From contig JBGATO010000011.1 in NCBI GenBank assembly GCA_044229145.1, positions 9,519-73,518 on the forward strand: a stretch of DNA of 64,000 nt. The letters run 5' to 3'. Below the pieces are notes generated by a model. It saw only the letters and a list, made by a program, of their open reading frames with translations, was not told where the DNA came from and made no database searches. This document shows, piece after piece, positions 30,131-38,557 of this stretch. Position numbers and translations under genes: made by a program. This DNA comes from Candidatus Eiseniibacteriota bacterium. GTDB lineage: Bacteria > Eisenbacteria > RBG-16-71-46 > CAZEPH01. Position 1 is the first letter of the stretch; each line of letters starts with the position of its first letter.

Positions 30131-32385
30131 TAGCGAAGCACCACGACGCGCCGCAGCGCGGTCACGCCACCGCGGCCGCTATCGCGCAGGCGGAGGTAGT
30201 AGATGCCGTTGGACACCGGCATGCCGTCGGCGCGCGTGCCGGTCCACCGCGTCTGCACCGGCGACGCGGCGCTGCCGCGCCACACGGTCGTCACGAATCG
30301 GCCGGTGGCATCCCACACCTCGAGGTCAGCGACACCGCGCGGCGCCGCGAAGGCGATGTCGAGCGTACCGCGCATCGGCAGCGGTCCGGTGGTGAGACCC
30401 TGCGTTCCCCGCGACGGCGGCGTGATGCCGACCGGCGCGGCGAGCAGCATGTCGGCCAGCGCGAGGTCCGCGCTCACCGCGACGCCGTTCGACCATGCGG
30501 CGGCCAGCGACGAGCCCACCGGCGGCGTGTACAGCAGGTTCCACGTCCCGGCATCGACCGACACCGAGTACGCGCCGAGCGCGTCGGTGACGTGATGTGT
30601 CGTCCACAGCGGCGTCGAATTGCCCGGCGCATAGAAGTCCACCGTCACGCCGGACAACGGCAGCAGTGTCCCCGCGTCGCGCACCGTGCCCGACACTAGC
30701 CAGCCATCCGCCAGCACCTGATCCGGCAGCACGATGGTGGAAAGCACCGCCTGCCCCGACTTCTGCGCCGGCCGCAACCGCGTCACCGACGACGGGATGT
30801 ACTTGATGTCGTAGGTGCCCGGCGCGATCAGCAGGTCGTAGGTGCCGTCGGCGAGCGTGGCGTCGTTCGGCGTGTAGAGCTTGGCCGACCCGCCGGCGGG
30901 GTAGACGTCGAGGTCGACGTTCGCCACCGCCGCCGCGTGCGTGTCGTGCACGCTGCCGCGCAGATGCACGCCGGTGACGAACGGCAGGCTGGGCAGAGTG
31001 GTCGCCGCGTTCACCGTGACGGCGTCTTGGGACGACGGTGCGAGGCCGCTGCACGCCGGCGGGTCGTACTGGAAGTCGTAGGTGCCCGCCGGCACCACGA
31101 CGGTGAAGTTGCCGCTGGCGTCGCTTGCATCGTGCGCCAGACGTACGGAGGCGCGGGTCGCGCTGTCCACCGCGTTGATGTTGACGTTGACCGCCGGTCC
31201 GCCGCCGGGCGCCGTGAGGTGTCCGCTCACCGCGATGCCGGCCGCGCACTGCACCGTGCCGATGTTGACATTGCCCCCGGCGACGACGTTGTTCCAATGC
31301 CCCACCTGGTCACTGATCCCCGCCGGCGGCTCCGCATTGATGTCGTAGGTGCCGGCCGGAACGTAGATCGCGAACGCGCCGGTGGCGTCGGCGTGGTCGT
31401 TGTCGGCCGGCTGGCGCGGCGCGCCGGCGGCGGTGACGTCGTAGAACTTGATCTTGGCGTCGGCGCACGGCTGGCCGTTCGAGCGCAGCACGACACCGCT
31501 CACCAGCACCGCGTCGCGCAGCGTTTCGGTGCCATAGTTCTTGCTGCGATCCACCAGCAAGCCGGTCACCCGCGTCGATTCCACCGGCTTGCAGTGCGGC
31601 GCGTTGTACTCGACGGTGTAGGTGCCGGCCGGGAGGTTGATCGAGTAGTTGCCGTTGACGTCGGTGTTGTCGTGTGCGTTCGCCATCTTGGCGCCGGTGC
31701 ATTCGTCGAACACGTCGATGTCGACGTTCTTCAACTTCGCGTTGTGCTTGTCTTGCACGGTGCCGCTGATCGTGAAGCCGCTGCCCAGCGTGTCGACCAA
31801 GCCGCTGATATCGCTGCCGGCCACCACCAGGCCCCTGCGCACCTTATCGGTGTACGCGTTGCCAGCCGGCGGACGGAAGTCGATGTCGTAGGTGCCGCTC
31901 GGCACGCGAATCGAGTACGCACCACCGGCCGTGGTGAGGTCCTTGGTGACGAACACGCGGTCGCCGGTGGCGCTATTGGTGAATTTGAAGTCGACGTTGG
32001 CGGCGTTGCCGAGCGTCGGCGTCTTCACGGTGCCCGCGACCAAGCGGCCCGGGTGCAGCGTCACCGTGCCGAGCGAGGTGCTCGTGCTCACCACGATGTC
32101 TTGCAGGTCGCCGGCGCATACCGCCGCGGCGGCCGGTGCGATGAAGTGAATGTCGTACGTGCCGGCGGCGACCACGATGCTGAACGAACCATCGGCGGCC
32201 GTCTTGTCGCCACTGAGGAAGATGTTGTCGCCTGTACATTGATCGATGAAGTCGACGTCGACATTGCCGATGCCGGCGCCGGCCTCAGTCTTGACGAAGC
32301 CGCTGATGGTGGCAGCGTGCGCGGCGACGGTGGTGAGCGATGCGGTGAGCACCAGCGCGGCCACGCGGAGTGGAGATGCGAGCAT
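30130..32385 (-). CDS. Secreted protein with seven carboxypeptidase-regulatory-like beta-sandwich repeats and a FlgD/T9SS-like C-terminal domain, 751 aa
   Basis: AAAGGA RBS; signal peptide ending AHA; seven ~97-aa units (xSGxV...NVD.D...T...G.Y.I..P.GTYD); C-terminal WDATGR...GIYYLRL...RRVVVLR. Confidence 0.88.
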   Translation of the reverse strand: MLASPLRVAALVLTASLTTVAAHAATISGFVKTEAGAGIGNVDVDFIDQCTGDNIFLSGDKTAADGSFSIVVAAGTYDIHFIAPAAAAVCAGDLQDIVVSTSTSLGTVTLHPGRLVAGTVKTPTLGNAANVDFKFTNSATGDRVFVTKDLTTAGGAYSIRVPSGTYDIDFRPPAGNAYTDKVRRGLVVAGSDISGLVDTLGSGFTISGTVQDKHNAKLKNVDIDVFDECTGAKMANAHDNTDVNGNYSINLPAGTYTVEYNAPHCKPVESTRVTGLLVDRSKNYGTETLRDAVLVSGVVLRSNGQPCADAKIKFYDVTAAGAPRQPADNDHADATGAFAIYVPAGTYDINAEPPAGISDQVGHWNNVVAGGNVNIGTVQCAAGIAVSGHLTAPGGGPAVNVNINAVDSATRASVRLAHDASDASGNFTVVVPAGTYDFQYDPPACSGLAPSSQDAVTVNAATTLPSLPFVTGVHLRGSVHDTHAAAVANVDLDVYPAGGSAKLYTPNDATLADGTYDLLIAPGTYDIKYIPSSVTRLRPAQKSGQAVLSTIVLPDQVLADGWLVSGTVRDAGTLLPLSGVTVDFYAPGNSTPLWTTHHVTDALGAYSVSVDAGTWNLLYTPPVGSSLAAAWSNGVAVSADLALADMLLAAPVGITPPSRGTQGLTTGPLPMRGTLDIAFAAPRGVADLEVWDATGRFVTTVWRGSAASPVQTRWTGTRADGMPVSNGIYYLRLRDSGRGGVTALRRVVVLR

Positions 32386-32420
32386 GGGCGTCCTTTCTGT
32401 CGTCGGGCGAGGGCGCGGCG

Positions 32421-34280
32421 CTAGCCGGCAGCCGCCTCGAGCGGGGTCTCGAGCAGTTGCTCGGCGAACAGCGCGCGGTACGCACCGCCGCGCGCCAAGA
32501 GGTCGTCGTGCGTGCCCTGTTCGACGATGCGGCCGCCGTCGAGCACGATGATGCGGTCGGCGCGGCGCACCGTGGAGACGCGGTGCGCGATCACGAACGT
32601 GGTGCGGCCAGCCATGACACGCGCCAGGGCGTCCTGGATCAGCGCCTCCGATTCGGCGTCCACCGCAGACGTCGCCTCGTCGAGCACGAGCAGCGGCGGG
32701 TTGCCGAGGATCGCGCGGGCCAAGGCGATGCGCTGCACCTGGCCGCCGGAGAGCCGTTGGCCGCGTTCCCCGACGTCAGTCGAAAAGCCGTCCGGCAACG
32801 CCTCGATGAACGGCAGCGCGTTGGCAATGCGCGCCGCCTCGATGACCTCGTCGTCGCTCGCGGTGGGCAGGCCGTAGCGGATGTTGTCCGCGATCGACCC
32901 GCTGAACAGCAGCGTGTCCTGTGTGACCACGCCGATCGCGCGGCGCAGCGAGGCGAGATCGACGGTGCGCAAGTCTTGTCCATCGATCGCCACGCGGCCG
33001 CTGTCGGGTTGCAAGAAGCGCAGCAGGTGGTGGAGCAGCGTCGTCTTGCCGGCGCCGTTGTGGCCGACCAGTGCCACGGTTTCGCCCCCGGCCACGTGCA
33101 GCGTGACGTCGCGCAGCACCGGCGTCCCCGGCAAGTACGCGAAGCTTACGTCTTCGAACGACACGGCGCCGTGCGACACCACGAGCGGCTCGCCGGACGC
33201 GGCCTCCTGCAGCGGCGTCGTCTCCTCGAAGAAATCGAGGATGCGGTCGAGCGATACACGCGCGGCTTGATACGTCTCGTTGGTCTTCGACAAGCGGCGC
33301 AGCGGCGGGAACAGCATCGAGCTGAGCGAGTAGAACGCCATCAGCGAGCCCTTGCTCATGGTGCCGTCCAGCACTTCGCGGCCGCCGATCCACAACACCA
33401 GCGCGGCGCCGATCGCCACCGTCACGTTGGCCACCGCGTTGAGCCGCCCGCCGAGCCGCGCCTTCTCGATCAAGTGATCGCGCATGCGGCCCGACTGCTG
33501 CTCGACGCGCGAGGTCTCCGCGTCTTCCTGTCCGAATGCCTTGACGATCGCGGCGCCGGCGATCTTCTCCTGCAATTGCCCGGACAATGCCGAGCGCTCG
33601 CGCCGCGCCTTGCGGCCGGTCGCGCGCAGCCGCGGATTGAGACGCACGAACGCCAGCACGTAGACCGGCAGCGCCGCCATCACCACCAGCGACAGATGCC
33701 AATTCACACAGAAGATGGCGATCAGCACCGCGAGCACGGTCACGCCGTCCATCAGCGCGCGCAGGAAGCCGTCGGTGATCATGTCGAGCACCGCGTTGAT
33801 GTCGCCGATCAACCGCAGCATCAGCTTGCCGGTGCGCGCGCTGCGGAAGTAGGGCATCGACAGCGTTTGCAGGTGGCGATAGAGATCGAGCCGCAGCTCG
33901 AACACGATGCGCTGCCCGATGGTCTCCGACACCGTGCGCTGGGTGTAGAGCAGCACACCCTTGAGCAGCGCCAGTGCCACCAGCGTGACGAAGATGCCGA
34001 GCAGGAAGGTGTCCGGCGCGACGTGCGTGCCGAAAGCCAGCACGTGCTGGTGCCGGTGCAGCACGTCGTCGAGCACACGCTTCAACACGAACGGAATCGG
34101 AATGTCGACGACGGCGAGCAACACCGAGAGCGTGAGCGCCGAGCCGAGCAGCCGCCGGTGCCGCCGCGCGTACGGCAGCAGCTGGGCGATCTCCTCGACC
34201 GGGCCGCGCTCGCGGCTGCTGTCGTCGGCATCCGTGGTGCCGGTGCCGTACGCGGGGAGGGAGGTCACGGCCGCGCTCAC
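32421..34280 (-). CDS. ABC exporter, fused permease/ATPase (MsbA-like), 619 aa
   Basis: GTGA overlap with the upstream gene; TM domain; Walker A GHNGAGKTT, LSGGQ, LVLDEATSAVD, IAHR. Confidence 0.95.
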   Translation of the reverse strand: MSAAVTSLPAYGTGTTDADDSSRERGPVEEIAQLLPYARRHRRLLGSALTLSVLLAVVDIPIPFVLKRVLDDVLHRHQHVLAFGTHVAPDTFLLGIFVTLVALALLKGVLLYTQRTVSETIGQRIVFELRLDLYRHLQTLSMPYFRSARTGKLMLRLIGDINAVLDMITDGFLRALMDGVTVLAVLIAIFCVNWHLSLVVMAALPVYVLAFVRLNPRLRATGRKARRERSALSGQLQEKIAGAAIVKAFGQEDAETSRVEQQSGRMRDHLIEKARLGGRLNAVANVTVAIGAALVLWIGGREVLDGTMSKGSLMAFYSLSSMLFPPLRRLSKTNETYQAARVSLDRILDFFEETTPLQEAASGEPLVVSHGAVSFEDVSFAYLPGTPVLRDVTLHVAGGETVALVGHNGAGKTTLLHHLLRFLQPDSGRVAIDGQDLRTVDLASLRRAIGVVTQDTLLFSGSIADNIRYGLPTASDDEVIEAARIANALPFIEALPDGFSTDVGERGQRLSGGQVQRIALARAILGNPPLLVLDEATSAVDAESEALIQDALARVMAGRTTFVIAHRVSTVRRADRIIVLDGGRIVEQGTHDDLLARGGAYRALFAEQLLETPLEAAAG

Positions 34281-35440
34281 GGCTGGGCGAAGCGGGCGGC
34301 GGCCGGCGGTGTCGCGCGACGCACGGCAGCCAGCGGTGCCGGCGCCGCGGCCGGGATCGTCGCCGGGCGCGGGCGGATGCCGCCGTGGGGCGCCGGCGCC
34401 GCGTCGCGGGCCGCCGCCAAGGCGCGGATCGCCGGCACCAAGGCGCCTTCGAGGATCGCCACGCCTTCCAGGCATTGCACGCCGCTCACCGCCTCGGCTT
34501 CCGCGACACCGAGGCGTCCGTTCGCCACCGGACCGGCGGTGGCCAGCACGGTGTAGCCCAACTCGCGCAACCGGCGCACACCGGCATCGCACGACAGCGC
34601 ATCCGGCGCGGCGAACGTCACCGCGTCGATCGACGCGCGGAACGCGGGATCGGCCAGCAGCATCGCCGTCTCGCGCTGCACCACGCCGTCGGCAATCTCG
34701 ATCACCACGAATTCGGGGCGATGCTCGGCGAGCACGCCGCGCAGGTGCGCAGCGATCGACGTGAGCTCAGTGAGCGAGCAGTCGGCGGTGGAGGGCCAGC
34801 CGGCATCGGTGAAGTCGACCACCGTGACCGCGCCGGCGTCGTAGAACAGGTTGGGATCCTTGCGGCAGGCAGTACCGGTGATCTTCGCGGCGGCCACCAC
34901 GTGGCCGGCATTCGCCAGGCTGTGGACCATCTGTGCGGCGGTGGTGGTCTTGCCGGAGTTCATCGAGGCGCCGAGCGACAGGACGGTGACGGGGCGGGCA
35001 GCGTGCGCCGCGGTCCCGGTGAGCGGCCGGGGGAACTGCGTCAGGTGGAGCGGTTCGCCGTCGGGGCCTGCCAACCGGCCGAGCCACTCGATCACCGTGG
35101 GCTCCGGCATGCGGTTGTTCATGCTCACCACGTCTCCCACCACACCGCCGATCCCGATGATGTGGCCGAACGGGCCGCTGATCCGCGCCACGCCTTCGAA
35201 TTGGTCGGTGGCGTAGCGATTGCCGAGCACGCCGACGAAGATGTCGCCGACGAACAGCGACATGCGGCGGCCGCTGCGCTCCTCGAGGTCGCGGTGCTTG
35301 CCGATGGACACGACGCGCGCGAGGACGAGGCTGCCGGGATTGGTTTCCTCGACCACGGGCAGGATGCCGGTGACGAGCGAAGGGTCAACGAGGTGGGTGG
35401 CGTACGGCCACTTCACGCGGCGGTTCTGGAAGAACTGCAT
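34277..35440 (-). CDS. DUF1611-like P-loop NTPase domain protein, 387 aa
   Basis: GAGGA RBS before ATG 35440; GNRYATDQFEG, GASMNSGKTTTAA, AAKITGT, DFTDAGWPST, EIADG..QRET. Confidence 0.8.
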   Translation of the reverse strand: MQFFQNRRVKWPYATHLVDPSLVTGILPVVEETNPGSLVLARVVSIGKHRDLEERSGRRMSLFVGDIFVGVLGNRYATDQFEGVARISGPFGHIIGIGGVVGDVVSMNNRMPEPTVIEWLGRLAGPDGEPLHLTQFPRPLTGTAAHAARPVTVLSLGASMNSGKTTTAAQMVHSLANAGHVVAAAKITGTACRKDPNLFYDAGAVTVVDFTDAGWPSTADCSLTELTSIAAHLRGVLAEHRPEFVVIEIADGVVQRETAMLLADPAFRASIDAVTFAAPDALSCDAGVRRLRELGYTVLATAGPVANGRLGVAEAEAVSGVQCLEGVAILEGALVPAIRALAAARDAAPAPHGGIRPRPATIPAAAPAPLAAVRRATPPAAARFAQP

Positions 35441-35604
35441 GGGCGGGTCCTCTCGTGCACGCGGCGCCACGACGCATGGCGCGGACGCGCCACGGCCTGA
35501 GGGGCAGCCAACCGGGTACAGCCGAGAGGACTGCGGGAGAGCACCGCAGGAGAATCGACGGCGAGAAGTAGCGCGGCCGGCCGGCCTGATACTTGAGGGG
35601 GAGG

Positions 35605-35640
35605 AAAAAAGTGCGGGCGAGGCCATGGCGCCTCGCCCGC
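35605..35640 (-). terminator. Rho-independent terminator of the SulP gene
   Basis: Minus strand GCGGGCGAGGC-loop-GCCTCGCCCGC followed by ACTTTTTT, 8 nt after the TAA. Confidence 0.85.
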
Positions 35641-35647
35641 TCACCGC

Positions 35648-37492
35648 TTATACGTTGTAGCGGAAGTCTTTAGGCCCTGAGGTGTGATGCGGCGGCCGCG
35701 GACAGGTGCGGCACACTTCGTCGAGGAACTGGTAGGCGTAGGCCATGCCCTTCTGCGTGCTGGTCTGGCGCACCGCCTGCTCGAGGAAGATCTGGTCGGC
35801 ACCCAGACGGTCCACGATGCCGGCGCGCTCGAAGACGCCGTACAACTCCTGCCGCACGCCCACCAGGATGACCTTCACGCCGCGCTGGTGCAGCAGCTCG
35901 AGGTGCTCGTGCAGCATGTGCATGCCGACGGCGTCCGGATTCCGCACCCGCTTGACCCGCAGCACCAGGATCTTTGTCTCGTCGGTGATGCGATTCTCGA
36001 TGGTGGCCAGCAGCGTGTCGAGCCGCGAGGCGGCACCGAAGAACATCTCGCCCTCGAGTCCGAAGATGAGGATGCGCTCGCACGGCGTGTCGTCCGGCCC
36101 GCGTTCGACGATGATGCCGTCTTCGTCGACCACGAACTCGGTGAGCAGCATGCGGCCGGCCCGCGGCACCGTCAGCATGAACGACATGAACACGCCGATG
36201 AGCACGCAGAACTCGACGCTGATGCCGATCGCCGCGAACGCCGTCGCCGCGATGATCAAGCGGTCGAAGCGCGACACCTCGAGATGGAAGCGCAGCGCCT
36301 TCCAGTCGACCATCTTCCACGACGAGATGATGAGGATGCCGGCCATCGCCGACTTCGGAATGAACTGGGCGTACGGCGCGAACAGCATGACGATGGCCGC
36401 CACCGCCGCCGCGCTGATGACGCCCGACCACTGCGTCTGCCCGCCCGCCTGCTGGTTGATCGTCGAGCGGGTCAGCGAGCCCGAGCCGGGGAAGCAGTGG
36501 AAGAACGAACCGGTGACGTTCGCCAGCCCTTCCGACAGACACTGCTGATTGATGTCGATGCGCTGCCGGGTTTGCGCGGCGATCGCCTTCGCCATCGAGA
36601 TGGCCTCGAGAAGACCGAGCGTGGCGATCGCGAGCGCACTGGTCGAGAGCTGACGGAGGTGCGGCGAGTGGAAGTCCGGGGGCGCGAAGCGCGGCAATTG
36701 CGCCGGAATGTCGCCGACCACCTTGACGCCCGCGCTCTCGAAGCCGAAGCGCGCGCTGAGCGCCGCCATGATCACCACGGTGAGCAGGAGATCGGGCAGC
36801 AGCGGCATGCGCAGCTTGCCTTTCGCCCAGCGCAGTGCGAGCACCAGCGCCATCGACGCGAGCCCGACTTCGAGCGTCAGCGCGTGCACGTGGCCGCCGT
36901 GCGTCATGGTTTCCCAGAAGCGCACCATGAACAGGTCGTGCGGATCGCCCTGCGCCTTGAGCCCGAGCAAGTTCTTCATCTGGTCGAGCGGCAGCAGCGC
37001 GCCGGCGCCGAGCGTGAAGCCGATGATGACCGAGTGCGAGATGTAGCGCGTGAGGTCGCCGAGGCGCAGCAGCGTGATCCCGACTTGGATGCAGCCGACC
37101 AGGAACGCGCACAGGATCGCCGCCGACAACCGGCTCTCCGCCGGCAGCACGCTGATCGCGCTCAGCAGGGCGATCGAGATTGCGTTCGTCGGCCCGTTGA
37201 TCAGCTGCTTCGAGGAGTCGAAGACCGCGCCCACCGCGGTCATCACGATCGCGGTGTAGAGCCCGTACTCGGCGGGGAGGCCGGCGACCAGGGCATACGC
37301 CATCGCCTGCGGCACGGCGACGGTCGCGACCGTGAGTCCGGCGATGAGATCGCCGCGAAACTTCTCGATGCTGTAGCGACGCGCCGAGTACACCGCGGGG
37401 ATGCGGCGGTACAGCCAACGCACCAGCACCGACGGGTGGACGTGCTGACCGAGTTCGTCGATGTAGCGACCGGGCGCCGCACCTTGCGACAC
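35648..37492 (-). CDS. SulP family anion transporter with STAS domain, 614 aa
   Basis: GGAGG RBS and GTG; DLIAGLTVA..AVPQAMAYA, GPTNA, GSGSLTRS; STAS EGEMFFGAA. Confidence 0.94.
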   Translation of the reverse strand: MSQGAAPGRYIDELGQHVHPSVLVRWLYRRIPAVYSARRYSIEKFRGDLIAGLTVATVAVPQAMAYALVAGLPAEYGLYTAIVMTAVGAVFDSSKQLINGPTNAISIALLSAISVLPAESRLSAAILCAFLVGCIQVGITLLRLGDLTRYISHSVIIGFTLGAGALLPLDQMKNLLGLKAQGDPHDLFMVRFWETMTHGGHVHALTLEVGLASMALVLALRWAKGKLRMPLLPDLLLTVVIMAALSARFGFESAGVKVVGDIPAQLPRFAPPDFHSPHLRQLSTSALAIATLGLLEAISMAKAIAAQTRQRIDINQQCLSEGLANVTGSFFHCFPGSGSLTRSTINQQAGGQTQWSGVISAAAVAAIVMLFAPYAQFIPKSAMAGILIISSWKMVDWKALRFHLEVSRFDRLIIAATAFAAIGISVEFCVLIGVFMSFMLTVPRAGRMLLTEFVVDEDGIIVERGPDDTPCERILIFGLEGEMFFGAASRLDTLLATIENRITDETKILVLRVKRVRNPDAVGMHMLHEHLELLHQRGVKVILVGVRQELYGVFERAGIVDRLGADQIFLEQAVRQTSTQKGMAYAYQFLDEVCRTCPRPPHHTSGPKDFRYNV

Positions 37493-37683
37493 GGGGGATC
37501 CTCCGGCACACAGGCGAGGTCGGCGACTGGCAGCCTGCCGTCGCCCAGAACATTCAACAGGTTCGCCAGGCTACTGGATCGGCCCGCGAAACTCCACAGT
37601 CGAGTAGTTTCCGCTCACGGCATCGCTGATTTGCGTCCGTGACATGTCATGGCGGCAGGATTTGTCACGGCGTGGAAACACCA

Positions 37684-37713
37684 GGAGCCCGCACCGGGTG
37701 TGGTGCGGGCTCC
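37684..37713 (-). terminator. Probable terminator hairpin after the 37730-38383 gene
   Basis: GGAGCCCGCACC-GGGTGT-GGTGCGGGCTCC perfect 12-bp stem; minus-strand tail TGGTGTTT. Confidence 0.7.
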
Positions 37714-37729
37714 GTCCGTGCCCGGAATC

Positions 37730-38383
37730 CTACCGGTACAGCGTCTTGACCTTGCCCCACGACGTCCCGCGCACCGGTGTCACCGGACTGCCGTTCAACA
37801 CCACGATGGCGCTGCGCAGGTTGTTCTCCGAGCAGCAGTCGTCGACCTGCGTGACCACCACGCGGTTGATCTCGCCCGACACCACGTAGGTGCTCAGGTC
37901 TGTGGTGCCCGAGCCACCGAGGTAGACGTAGCTCCCCGGCACCACGAGCCCGCCGGGATACGCCGAGTTGAAGATCGTCACGCGCGAGCCGTCATCCATG
38001 CCGCTGAAGGCGATGGTGAACTGTGTCACCACGACGTTGAGCGGGATGTCCACCAGCGTCTGGAAGTACGTGAAGTCGCCGTACCCCATGCAGGTGACCG
38101 GCGCCTGGCACACCCGCGACGCGATGCTGAAGTCGATGATGTCGCCATTGGGGGCTGGCTTCCATCCCGCATCACCCTGCGGCGGAATCGTGGCGACGTC
38201 GTATTCGCAGATCGCGCCGTGCTGGCTGGGCGAACAGCTGAAGGCGATGAGACCGAGCGGATTGGCGGGCGTGACCTCGAGCCCCTCGTGCATTTGCCAC
38301 GCCGAGCGGGTTTGCGCACCGGCGAACGACGCGCAGGTGGCGACACACAGTGCCGCAAGCGCGAGACGGAATCCAAGATTCAT
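37730..38383 (-). CDS. Secreted Cys-containing beta-sandwich (possibly lectin/PA14-like) protein with C-terminal SWGKVKTLYR motif, 217 aa
   Basis: GAGGAG RBS before ATG 38383; signal peptide ending AGA; MDDGSRVTIFN; tail TPVRGTSWGKVKTLYR. Confidence 0.8.
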   Translation of the reverse strand: MNLGFRLALAALCVATCASFAGAQTRSAWQMHEGLEVTPANPLGLIAFSCSPSQHGAICEYDVATIPPQGDAGWKPAPNGDIIDFSIASRVCQAPVTCMGYGDFTYFQTLVDIPLNVVVTQFTIAFSGMDDGSRVTIFNSAYPGGLVVPGSYVYLGGSGTTDLSTYVVSGEINRVVVTQVDDCCSENNLRSAIVVLNGSPVTPVRGTSWGKVKTLYR

Positions 38384-38505
38384 GGGAAGCTCCTCGGTGT
38401 GGGGGCACGGGCTGTGAACGACCAGCCTCCAGCATGGCACACGCGAAGCCGCAGCTGGATGGCTCAGACGGCGAGGAGACGGACAGGCTCAATGCCCATT
38501 GACAA

Positions 38506-38535
38506 GCGGCGGCGGCGAGCATGCGCCGCCGCCGC
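38506..38535 (-). terminator. Possible terminator hairpin after the M56 gene
   Basis: GCGGCGGCGGCG-AGCATG-CGCCGCCGCCGC; low-complexity stem with a short T tail. Confidence 0.45.
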
Positions 38536-38557
38536 CGCGTGACGGTGCGAAAGACGA

